Shown: positions 56,182-64,000 of the stretch, piece after piece
Layout of the letters: the number at the start of each line of letters is the position of its first letter
Position numbering within the stretch: position 1 is the first letter of the stretch
Virus record (IMG/VR): IMGVR_UViG_3300042473_001540
Span: 245,757-309,756 of that record
Direction: 5' to 3' (one strand)
Length of the DNA: 64,000 bases
Position numbers and translations under genes: made by a program
The notes under the pieces: generated by a model
The model's input: only the letters and a program-made list of their open reading frames with translations
Databases searched by the model: none
Told to the model about the DNA's origin: nothing

Positions 56182-58158
56182 ATGAATACAAATATCACAA
56201 AGACCAATGGCACTACGCTGGCAAGTATTCCGCCAGGACAGTATAACAGCACAGTTTCCAGTTTGATCCTATTTGGTAAGAATTTTGCCAATTACGGTAC
56301 TTATTTGAATGAAAATCTTGTTCATCTCATGGAAAATTTTGCCGACCAAAGTCCTCCACAAAGTCCCACACAAGGACAGCTTTGGTACAAAACCACAGAC
56401 AAACAAATGTATGTTTGGGAAGGCAGTGTTTGGAAACTGCTAAATGCAGAAAGCCTGCAACAGATTGCTGATGCAATTGTTAAAAATCGCATTTACGTTG
56501 CAGAAAGTGGTAATGATACCAACAGTGGACAAAGTTGGTATAGCGCCAAGCGAACTGTGAAAGCTGCATGTGCTGAAGCAGCTAGACAAATTGCCACAGG
56601 TGCATTCCGACCTGATCACACAGCTATATTAGTAGCAGCTGGTGACTATACTGAAGACTGTCCTATTGAAATTCCGCCAGGTGTCAGCATTATTGGCGAT
56701 AATCTTAGAGCTGTTTCCATACGACCAAGAGTCGCAACTACTGATGTATTTTATTTGAACAGCAAGTGTTATGTGTATGGCATTACTGTAAGAGATCATA
56801 GATTGAATCCATCAGCATTGGATATAACTCCAGCAGGTTATGCCAACACAAGTGGAGTGAATACATCTGCACTGATCTCTACAACTCGACAAACAGGATT
56901 TGCCTTTGGCTTTGCTCCAGGTGCAGACATCTTGGTCAGTCCCTATGTACAAAACTGTTCCAGCATTAGTGGCGATCCAGACACTGGATCAGGGATTTAC
57001 CCAGGTGGTGGCGGTGTGTTGATTGATCCCAGTGTTTTGGGACCCAATAATAGGATTCACAGCATTGTTATTGACGCATTTACTCAAATCAATCTTGGTG
57101 GTATCGGCGTCAAAGTCATTGGCAAAGGCTACATGCAGTTGGTGAGTTTTTTCGTTAACTTCTGCCAGTTTGGCTTGCTGTGCCTTGATGGTGGTCACGT
57201 GACTGCATTGAACAGCAATTGCAGTTTTGGCAATTATGCTCTTTGGAGTCAAGGACACCGGTATCTTGAAACCACTGACAGCCCTGTGGCTGTAAATCAA
57301 ACTTGGGCCACCAATGGTGTCAGTTCTGATTTTGTCACAACGGGTGGCACTTATGTTTTGCCAAATCAATTCAGTGACTTGGAAGTGCAATTTTTAGACA
57401 CTGCAACACCGTTGCTGCCCACTGTTGACTATACAATATCAAAAGGTGTAACAGCGGGTGGTTTGCCTTGTTCAGTTATTAGCTTGAAGTCTTTGCCCAT
57501 AGCTGGCCGGCAATTGCGAGCCAGGATCAAGTTTGGCTCCTTGATTGAAGCCAGCGGCTATACCATGAGCTATGCTGGTGCTGGCTTGGATTATGCCAAA
57601 CTCAGCCCCAGTCAAGATGGCAGTGGCTACGCTGATCCCAACAAATATACTATTGCACTAGCTGGTGGACGTGTATTCCATACCACAACTGACGAAAGCG
57701 GAGACTTTTATGTGGGGGCTGTGACACCCAATCCAGCGTTTCAAGTTGGCGGATTGACTATTGCCAATGGCGGAGGCAGCTATAACGTAGGGGATACATT
57801 GAATTTCATTACCCCAGCCAACGTTAACAGCACCTATGCTGTGCCCACAACACTTAAGGTTTTGAGTGTGTCCAGTGGTGTTATTACAAGTGTTGCGATT
57901 CTTATTCCTGGATACTATCTACTTTCGGCGCCAGGTAGCACAACAATTGGCAGTTTGCCCACAAATCCCATTAGTGCAACGTCAACAAGTGGTGGTGGAT
58001 CGTCAGCTACTTTTAACTTCGTGTGGGAGAAACCTCCTGCCAGACCCAGTTTCCGCATAAATCAGAGACGAGGTGCTATTGATGGACGCAGCTTTTATCA
58101 AAGCATCTTTGGATTTATGACTCCCTTTATACTTGCTCTTTCACGCAAAGGATCTTAA
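56182..58158 (+). CDS. tail fibre/spike-like structural protein with pectin-lyase-like beta-helix
   Basis: LFGKN..YG..LNENLVHLMENFA..P..GQLWY anchor; IYVAESGND..AKRTVKAA; SPYVQNCS; TAAATA 56171-56176. Confidence 0.7.
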   Translation: MNTNITKTNGTTLASIPPGQYNSTVSSLILFGKNFANYGTYLNENLVHLMENFADQSPPQSPTQGQLWYKTTDKQMYVWEGSVWKLLNAESLQQIADAIVKNRIYVAESGNDTNSGQSWYSAKRTVKAACAEAARQIATGAFRPDHTAILVAAGDYTEDCPIEIPPGVSIIGDNLRAVSIRPRVATTDVFYLNSKCYVYGITVRDHRLNPSALDITPAGYANTSGVNTSALISTTRQTGFAFGFAPGADILVSPYVQNCSSISGDPDTGSGIYPGGGGVLIDPSVLGPNNRIHSIVIDAFTQINLGGIGVKVIGKGYMQLVSFFVNFCQFGLLCLDGGHVTALNSNCSFGNYALWSQGHRYLETTDSPVAVNQTWATNGVSSDFVTTGGTYVLPNQFSDLEVQFLDTATPLLPTVDYTISKGVTAGGLPCSVISLKSLPIAGRQLRARIKFGSLIEASGYTMSYAGAGLDYAKLSPSQDGSGYADPNKYTIALAGGRVFHTTTDESGDFYVGAVTPNPAFQVGGLTIANGGGSYNVGDTLNFITPANVNSTYAVPTTLKVLSVSSGVITSVAILIPGYYLLSAPGSTTIGSLPTNPISATSTSGGGSSATFNFVWEKPPARPSFRINQRRGAIDGRSFYQSIFGFMTPFILALSRKGS

Positions 58159-58161
58159 CAT

Positions 58162-58632
58162 ATGCCTGCACCTATTTTTAACTTTCGTAATGTCAAAGTT
58201 AGAGTTACAAATGATCAACCCACAACCATTTACAAAGTTTCAAGTTACGATCAAACTATTCCCAACACAACATTGCCTCCAGGTGTAGATCCAACTGAAG
58301 TCAGTATTGTGTTGTTGACTGTTCAATGCAGCAACATTACAGGCAGTCCCAGCAGTCCTACTCTACGGAAAACCATCAATCTCAGTGTATGGATTGATAA
58401 TCCTCCTGATCCAGCCTATCTGCCCACTGGTAGACGTTACCTTGTTAACAATTACACAATTATTCCCAACAACGCTTTTGACCCCTTGAATGGCAATTTG
58501 ATCATGAGCAGCGGAGATACCTTGGTTGTACAAGTAAGTAATCCTCCAGCAGAAACAACCAATACCAGTACTGATAACTGTGTTGATGTTGTTGTAAGCC
58601 TATTGGAAATTGCCAATGCGACTGCCAATTAA
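58162..58632 (+). CDS. small virion structural protein
   Basis: F.FRN..L...GDTL..D..VSLLE pattern; co-transcribed with fibre genes. Confidence 0.6.
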   Translation: MPAPIFNFRNVKVRVTNDQPTTIYKVSSYDQTIPNTTLPPGVDPTEVSIVLLTVQCSNITGSPSSPTLRKTINLSVWIDNPPDPAYLPTGRRYLVNNYTIIPNNAFDPLNGNLIMSSGDTLVVQVSNPPAETTNTSTDNCVDVVVSLLEIANATAN

Positions 58633-58641
58633 GGACTAAGC

Positions 58642-59196
58642 ATGCCAAAGCTACTTGATAACCGCGTTGTTGGATCAGCTGATCTTATTGATGTGCAACT
58701 GGAAGGTGTTCCAGCTGGCTTGGTATTGAAAGTCTCTGCCAACGGAGAGCAATTCTTTTTTGGGCAACAAATTGGACCACCTGGACCTCCAGGTATTATT
58801 GGCACAGCAGGGAGCCCTGGCCCTCAAGGACCACCAGGAGATGACACATTTGTTGTTGGTCCACCTGGGCCTCCTGGTCCTCCTGGTATGGGAGGGGGAA
58901 TTCCTGGAAGCCCAGGAGTTCAAGGACCTCCAGGTCCAAACAAAGGCCCGCCAGGCGATCAAGGACCCAATGGTGATACTGGGCCAACAGGACCACAAAT
59001 AACTGATCAACAACATTATGCAGCAGTTTTCAGCACTGCTGGTCCACAAACATGGACAGCGCCACCTGGTGTTAGGCGTGCTAGAATAACACTGATCGGT
59101 GGAGGGGCTGGGGGAACGTTGGGCATTTATGTGCCTCCAGGTTCAGTTCCACCTACAGAAGGTGGCCCTGGGGCTGGCGGCGGAGGACTATTTTGA
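58642..59196 (+). CDS. collagen-like fibre paralog 1, N-terminal part
   Basis: [11 protein letters not shown]; Gly-X-Y repeats; [20 protein letters not shown]; stops inside Gly-rich domain. Confidence 0.8.
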   Translation: MPKLLDNRVVGSADLIDVQLEGVPAGLVLKVSANGEQFFFGQQIGPPGPPGIIGTAGSPGPQGPPGDDTFVVGPPGPPGPPGMGGGIPGSPGVQGPPGPNKGPPGDQGPNGDTGPTGPQITDQQHYAAVFSTAGPQTWTAPPGVRRARITLIGGGAGGTLGIYVPPGSVPPTEGGPGAGGGGLF

Positions 59197-59322
59197 TTAC
59201 CATAAGTAGTAACAGAGTCGTAGCATAAGACAGCCATTGTCTATTATAGGGATTTAAGGCTATGCAACGCTGGGACTAAACAGTTGGGGTGTAACAATGG
59301 ATAGCTATAGAGGATTACTGTT

Positions 59323-59703
59323 ATGAGTGGAAGCATTGGCGGATGGTTTACTGGCCTGGCTGGAGGCTCTGGAGCAATTTTACGGCTGTGGGTAGATATA
59401 ATCCCAAATGCCACCTATAATCTTCAAGTTGGTGCTGGAGGTCAAGGGCAAACATCTGCCACAGTTCCTCCAACAAATGGAGGCAACACTACTATGAGCG
59501 GACCAGGTGGAGTATTTTATTCTGCTGGAGGCGGCGTAGCAGTGAGTGGAGGCAATGCAGGCACGACACCAAACATAATTTGGCCCTTGGTACCTGGATC
59601 ATATCTCCATGGTTTGGCAGGTGCAGGAGGCGATCCCACTAAGCCAAATCCTGCAGGGTCAAATGGCTCAGCTGGCCTTATTTTGATTGAATGGATTAAC
59701 TAA
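59323..59703 (+). CDS. C-terminal half of Gly-rich domain of fibre paralog 1
   Basis: [21 protein letters not shown] matches C-halves of paralogs 2 and 3; same frame as 58642. Confidence 0.75.
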   Translation: MSGSIGGWFTGLAGGSGAILRLWVDIIPNATYNLQVGAGGQGQTSATVPPTNGGNTTMSGPGGVFYSAGGGVAVSGGNAGTTPNIIWPLVPGSYLHGLAGAGGDPTKPNPAGSNGSAGLILIEWIN

Positions 59704-60632
59704 TGCCTCGCTTACTTGATAACCGTATTGTTGGCCCATCACGAGACGTTTTGACTACAACATTATATGGGGCACCTGCCGGGTATGTGTTACGAGTATC
59801 CCCCACAGGAGATACACTTGTGGTCACAACCCCAGGTGGCCCACTGGGTCCTCCAGGTCCTCCTGGCCCCGCTGGACTAGCAGGGCCTGTTGGGCCACCT
59901 GGAGCCAGCAGTGCATTAGTAGGTGATACAGGTCCCCCAGGTCCTCCTGGTCCTGCAGGAGGACCTCCTGGTCCTGCAGGTTTAACTGGACCAACGGGAC
60001 CAGGCGGGGGACCAGTGGGTCCTCCAGGACCGCCTGGAATTACTGGACCTATTGGGCCGCCTAGTGGCAATCAAGATATAAATGCAGCACAACTTGTGTC
60101 TCCTGGTGTATGGACAGCACCCCCAGGTGTGTTTTCTGTTAAGCTGACACTTATTGGAGCAGGGGGAGGCGGTAGTTTGCCCGTGAGTGGGGGTAGTCCA
60201 ATTGAATTTGACAATAGTGCTCAATCTGGTTGGACAATACAAGGTATTCCTGGAAGCAGTGGTGGCGTAAATGAACAATGGGTAACTGTGCAGGGCGGAC
60301 AAAATTACAATGTCACAATAGGAGTTGGGGGTAGTGGAGCTATAATATCTGGAGGTGGGGTGTACCCCAATGAAAATAATATTCCAACATATTACCCACA
60401 ATATATATACGTTCCACCAAGTCCTGGCACCCCTACAACATGGAGTGGTCCAGGCAGTCCCACAGTCGTAGCAGGCGGCGGCCCATCAGCAGGCACCCCC
60501 GCAGGAATTCTGGGTACTCCTGGAGTGAATTCCCCCTTAAGTGTGGGATTGGGTGTGGCAACAGTCTATGGATTTGGGGCAGGAGCAGAACAACAGGGCG
60601 GCCCTGGTGCAGCACTTATAGAATGGATTTAA
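59703..60632 (+). CDS. collagen-like fibre paralog 2
   Basis: MPRLLDNR; GPP repeats; WTAPPGV..IGAGGGG..AALIEW. Confidence 0.8.
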   Translation: MPRLLDNRIVGPSRDVLTTTLYGAPAGYVLRVSPTGDTLVVTTPGGPLGPPGPPGPAGLAGPVGPPGASSALVGDTGPPGPPGPAGGPPGPAGLTGPTGPGGGPVGPPGPPGITGPIGPPSGNQDINAAQLVSPGVWTAPPGVFSVKLTLIGAGGGGSLPVSGGSPIEFDNSAQSGWTIQGIPGSSGGVNEQWVTVQGGQNYNVTIGVGGSGAIISGGGVYPNENNIPTYYPQYIYVPPSPGTPTTWSGPGSPTVVAGGGPSAGTPAGILGTPGVNSPLSVGLGVATVYGFGAGAEQQGGPGAALIEWI

Positions 60633-60635
60633 AAG

Positions 60636-61571
60636 ATGCCAAAACTTCTTGATAAGCGTATAATAGGCGGGTCTGCAGACGTCCTGAATACAATACTGAT
60701 TGGTGTGCCTGCTGGGTTGCCCCTTATAGTGGCGCCAACAGGCGCCGCTTTGCTGTTGGGTCCAGCCACAAGTTTTCCAGGCGTAAGGGGGCCTACAGGG
60801 CCTACAGGATTGGGAGGAGCGCCAGGATTTGGTGGATTTCCTGCCCCTCCAGGTGTAAAAGGTGCCACTGGGTCTGCTGGGCAGCCTGGCCCATTAGCAG
60901 GACCACCAGGCACACTAGGGGCAACCGGGCCAGTAGGTGGCGCTGGCCCGACCGGAGACCCAGGGGCAACAGGAACTCTTGGTTTTCCAGGACCCCAAGG
61001 GACAGGCCAAAAATTAGCAGTAGCTGGCTTTTTGTCTCCCAGTACATGGGCTGTGCCTGCTACAACTACTAATGTAAAAATCACAACTGTGGGCGGAGGA
61101 GGAGCAGGTGGTTGGGGAGCAATTTATACAACACAGGATTACACAGGTGCTGACGGCGGCTATGCTGATGGTCCCACTATAAAACTAATTGGAGGCAAGG
61201 GTGGACCAGGTGCCGCTATAGAAACATGGATACCGGTCACGGCAGGCAGTAATTTGCAAGTAATAGTTGGAGGTGGTGGGGCTGCTAACATTAGTAATTC
61301 TGGAAACCCTGGCACGCCCAGCCAACTTTTGGATCAAAGTGGAATAGCCCTTGTTACAGCAGGTGGTGGAAGCGGCGGCCTCAATGCCAACATCTTCACA
61401 CCCGGTGCCAATGGTGCGAGAGGAACTGCCACCAGCATAGGCCCGCTGGTTTACTTGAATGCTGACTTAGGCCTTAGGTTTGGTTACGGGGGCGTGGGCC
61501 GAGACGATACATCAGCATCAGGTGGACAACCAGGTGCAGTTCTTATAGAATATGTTGCTGTAGGTCCTTAA
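60636..61571 (+). CDS. collagen-like fibre paralog 3
   Basis: MPKLLDKR; Gly-X-Y repeats; WAVPA..VGGGG..AVLIEY. Confidence 0.8.
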   Translation: MPKLLDKRIIGGSADVLNTILIGVPAGLPLIVAPTGAALLLGPATSFPGVRGPTGPTGLGGAPGFGGFPAPPGVKGATGSAGQPGPLAGPPGTLGATGPVGGAGPTGDPGATGTLGFPGPQGTGQKLAVAGFLSPSTWAVPATTTNVKITTVGGGGAGGWGAIYTTQDYTGADGGYADGPTIKLIGGKGGPGAAIETWIPVTAGSNLQVIVGGGGAANISNSGNPGTPSQLLDQSGIALVTAGGGSGGLNANIFTPGANGARGTATSIGPLVYLNADLGLRFGYGGVGRDDTSASGGQPGAVLIEYVAVGP

Positions 61572-62176
61572 CGCAGTGCTGGACCAGTTAACCAAGCCAC
61601 CAAAGTGCGGCGTAACCCACTTGTAACGGGTGTTACTCTATGCAGAACAAAGCTGGGAAAAACGGCTACAAGGCCTAGATCCTTGCTAATGGTTTGTGGA
61701 TCAGCGCCTAACTTAACTTGTAGATTGCCACCTTCATACTCACAGGGATCGCTCAATTGTAAAACTACACTGAGTTTTCGAGGACCGTGGTTTGTGGAAG
61801 TGATGCCACTGTCAATATGCCAGGTGTAGTGACCCTCATCATCCCCGTAGTATTCAGTGTATTGCAGGTGTTCACCAAATCCCCACAAATCAAAGCGAAA
61901 ATGCTGGCCATTTAAATTACGAACAATATTACCCAAGCGTTGATAAATCCAATCAGTGTCAGGACTGGCTTCAATCCAACTGGTTTTGCTTTTGCGTATT
62001 TGTTCATAATTTTGAGCGGGATCAAATCCACCAATTACCGCTTTTCCTGGCTGTCTAGCCTGCCCTAGTTGAATTATCTTTTTTATATCATCTCCTGAAA
62101 ATCCATCTTTCCAGGTTGCTACGTTTGCCTCACCAGCGCCAAAGCTGGGACTTGGTAAAAATTGATAAATTGACAC
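61568..62176 (-). CDS. 2OG-Fe(II) oxygenase (prolyl-4-hydroxylase-like)
   Basis: [38 protein letters not shown]; GTG start after AAGGGAG; promoter TTGCAG-N17-TATAGT (62227-62199). Confidence 0.85.
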   Translation of the reverse strand: MSIYQFLPSPSFGAGEANVATWKDGFSGDDIKKIIQLGQARQPGKAVIGGFDPAQNYEQIRKSKTSWIEASPDTDWIYQRLGNIVRNLNGQHFRFDLWGFGEHLQYTEYYGDDEGHYTWHIDSGITSTNHGPRKLSVVLQLSDPCEYEGGNLQVKLGADPQTISKDLGLVAVFPSFVLHRVTPVTSGLRRTLVAWLTGPALR

Positions 62177-62238
62177 TCTGTTGCTCCCTTTGATTTGAAC
62201 TATACAAGGGCCTTTGTTTCTCTGCAATAAATAGATTT

Positions 62239-62466
62239 ATGAGAGCAATGGATTTAGATAGTGCTGGCTATTACAGCCCAGACCAAGATCATTATACTAT
62301 GCAAAATCAGTATGACCCGCGTCGACCCAAGATTACAATCGCACATTTAAATCAAATGAAAAGAATGCGTAGTGCCAAGAAATTGGAAAATCTTGTGCGC
62401 AGAGATCTTTTGGGCCTGTTGTATGGCGCTCCCTCTGCTGAAGGCGGCGGAATGCCAGGCATGTAG
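62239..62466 (+). CDS. small prohead-cluster protein
   Basis: TAAATA 62228-62233; RRPKITI.HLN.M..R motif; precedes scaffold. Confidence 0.65.
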   Translation: MRAMDLDSAGYYSPDQDHYTMQNQYDPRRPKITIAHLNQMKRMRSAKKLENLVRRDLLGLLYGAPSAEGGGMPGM

Positions 62467-62562
62467 TCTAAAATTGCCTTATTTTCCATATAAATCCAAG
62501 TTATTCTTCAACTCCTTCTAAATAAACACAGAGTCTATCAACTTTACCAAAGGAGACAAACT

Positions 62563-63924
62563 ATGGCTAATAGCAAGCTGTTGAAGGTAATGGATTACCT
62601 TATCAACGAGCAAGAAGACAAGGCTCGTGACCTGTTGCACCAAATCTTCATTGAGAAGGCACGTGCAATTCACGAGGAAATGCTAAGTGACGACGAGCAT
62701 GAAATGGACAGGGACGAGGGCAGAAATCTCGGAGATGACATTGAATTTCACAAAGAAGAAATTGAGAATGAAGAGCATTATGGCGACGGCACAATGGAAG
62801 ATGTTGACCTCGATGACGCGGTTGAAGATCTCACAGTAAGTGCTGGCGATGATGAAGATGCTGACGATGTTGATGTTGACGTGGAAGACGATGACATAGA
62901 CATGGACGCTGAAGACGACATGGACGATGAAGACGACATGGACGATGAAGAAATGGATGCTGATGAAGCTGAAATGGATGCAGACATGGACCACGACGAG
63001 GAAGCTGAAGGCGAGCGTCTAAAAGACATTGAGCAAGCAATTGAAGAGTTGACTGCTGAATTTGAAGCTATGAAGGCTGAACTACATGGTGAACATGGTG
63101 ATGCAGAGGGAGATAAAATGCCCCTGCAGGAAATGGCAGATTCGGGCACTACGCCTGGTGGTAAACAGTACAAAATTAGCGGCGATTTTGAAACCGTGAC
63201 TGTTAATGGAACTTCTTACCCAATCCGCAAACTGAGTGGTCAAGGGGACAACCCCGACTACGTAATAGATGACATCCATATTGGTCAAACATATCAGGAC
63301 ATGCCACACCCTGACGCGGATGAGGAAGACTATGAGGAAGAATATGAAGTCTGGACAGAAGCACCAGGACAAGCAGATAACACCCTACACGTTGGTACGT
63401 GGGATGAGTGCTGGAACTTTTTAATTGATCAACTAGGAAGTGAAGACCATTCGCGTTTGAAAAGACGCCTACAGCGCGATGCTAGCGGTGGTGGCATGAG
63501 AGAAGGCTGGATGGACAACACTGACGACCTTGATGAAGACTATGATGATCTTGATGAAGCCATTGCCCTCGATACAGTTCATGTTGATCTCAAGAAAGTT
63601 GGCGAAGTTGGCTCAGGAAAGTTTTCTCGTAGTGATGTAAGCAAGCATAGCCCAGTGCCCAAAGGCGTTCAAAGCCCTGTTCCAGGTGCCAAGCCAGTTG
63701 TGACAGGCAAGGGATCAAAGGCTGATGGATATCATCTTCAATCTGCCCCCACAAGTGCCAGTATGAACTTGTCCAACCGTCGCAAGAAGGCTAGTGAAGA
63801 CATGACTCATGTCAGCAAGGAAGGCAGCACAAAGGCCATGTTGAACAAAGATCGTTCAGAAGGTTTTGGCGCCGCCAACGTTCGCAGCCCACTGGGCAGC
63901 ACCGGCACAACACCAAAGAAGTAA
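62563..63924 (+). CDS. acidic prohead core/scaffolding protein
   Basis: L.KVMDYLINEQEDKARDLLHQIFIEKAR.IHE; very D/E-rich; LKDIEQAIEELTAEFEAM; AAGGAG RBS; TAAATA 62519-62524. Confidence 0.75.
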   Translation: MANSKLLKVMDYLINEQEDKARDLLHQIFIEKARAIHEEMLSDDEHEMDRDEGRNLGDDIEFHKEEIENEEHYGDGTMEDVDLDDAVEDLTVSAGDDEDADDVDVDVEDDDIDMDAEDDMDDEDDMDDEEMDADEAEMDADMDHDEEAEGERLKDIEQAIEELTAEFEAMKAELHGEHGDAEGDKMPLQEMADSGTTPGGKQYKISGDFETVTVNGTSYPIRKLSGQGDNPDYVIDDIHIGQTYQDMPHPDADEEDYEEEYEVWTEAPGQADNTLHVGTWDECWNFLIDQLGSEDHSRLKRRLQRDASGGGMREGWMDNTDDLDEDYDDLDEAIALDTVHVDLKKVGEVGSGKFSRSDVSKHSPVPKGVQSPVPGAKPVVTGKGSKADGYHLQSAPTSASMNLSNRRKKASEDMTHVSKEGSTKAMLNKDRSEGFGAANVRSPLGSTGTTPKK

Positions 63925-63940
63925 TTTATCAACAAGAAAT

Positions 63941-63969
63941 TATGCTGTAACTCAAAAGGTTACAGCATA
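63941..63969 (+). terminator. hairpin after scaffold gene (terminator or processing site)
   Basis: TATGCTGTAAC/GTTACAGCATA 11-bp stem; weak T tract follows. Confidence 0.6.
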
Positions 63970-64000
63970 GTTCTTTGAAAAAACACTGGTTTCTTACTGG

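Noticed and set aside
59197-59322. Stop-codon reassignment or DGR variable repeat
   Set aside because: TGA, TAA and TAG all occur in frame, all three end genes normally elsewhere, and no reverse transcriptase or template repeat is visible
58780-61000. GC-rich periodic repeats and long antisense ORFs
   Set aside because: Consequence of Gly-X-Y collagen coding
62899-62952. 18-nt tandem repeats GACATGGACGATGAAGAC
   Set aside because: Coding repeats (DMDDED) of the acidic scaffold
1-64000. tRNA, rRNA, group I/II introns, integrase or transposase
   Set aside because: No cloverleaf with T-loop/D-loop consensus or intron core motifs seen in the intergenic gaps; a tRNAscan/Infernal run is needed to exclude divergent ones

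Overview
A 64-kb segment of a large T4-related (jumbo) myophage genome with two clear zones. From about 1 to 31.5 kb is a GC-richer early/accessory zone of about 70 mostly small genes, driven by more than 25 sigma70-type promoters (TTGACA-N16/17-GC-TAnnnT). It encodes a small alarmone hydrolase, Thg1-like protein, UDP-glucuronate decarboxylase, purN, purM, pyrB, an apparently split HARP/SNF2 helicase and a GT2 glycosyltransferase. From about 31.7 to 64 kb is an AT-richer core zone with TAAATA late promoters: baseplate hub with two lysozyme domains, gp53, gp48, nucleotidyltransferases, gp55, gp47/46, two homing endonucleases, a Holliday junction resolvase, gp26-like, tape measure, portal, collagen-like fibres, a 2OG-Fe(II) oxygenase and the prohead scaffold. 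The strongest candidate for an undescribed system is a 269-aa TnpB-like protein with no RuvC domain (49557-50366), followed directly by a ~360-nt ornate co-oriented ncRNA (50389-50752). One stem-loop of that RNA recurs, reverse-complemented, as a tandemly duplicated 29-nt motif at 23.6 kb. Other highlights: late genes with capsid-targeting-like N-termini (ART, ParB/Srx, Pol-beta NTase, and a three-domain polyprotein ending in an Acb1-like 2H domain), a candidate -1 frameshift joining gp26-like to gp51-like ORFs, and a candidate collagen prolyl hydroxylase beside GPP-rich fibres. All family calls are by-eye motif recognition; no searches or folding computations were run. No tRNA, rRNA or CRISPR array was seen.
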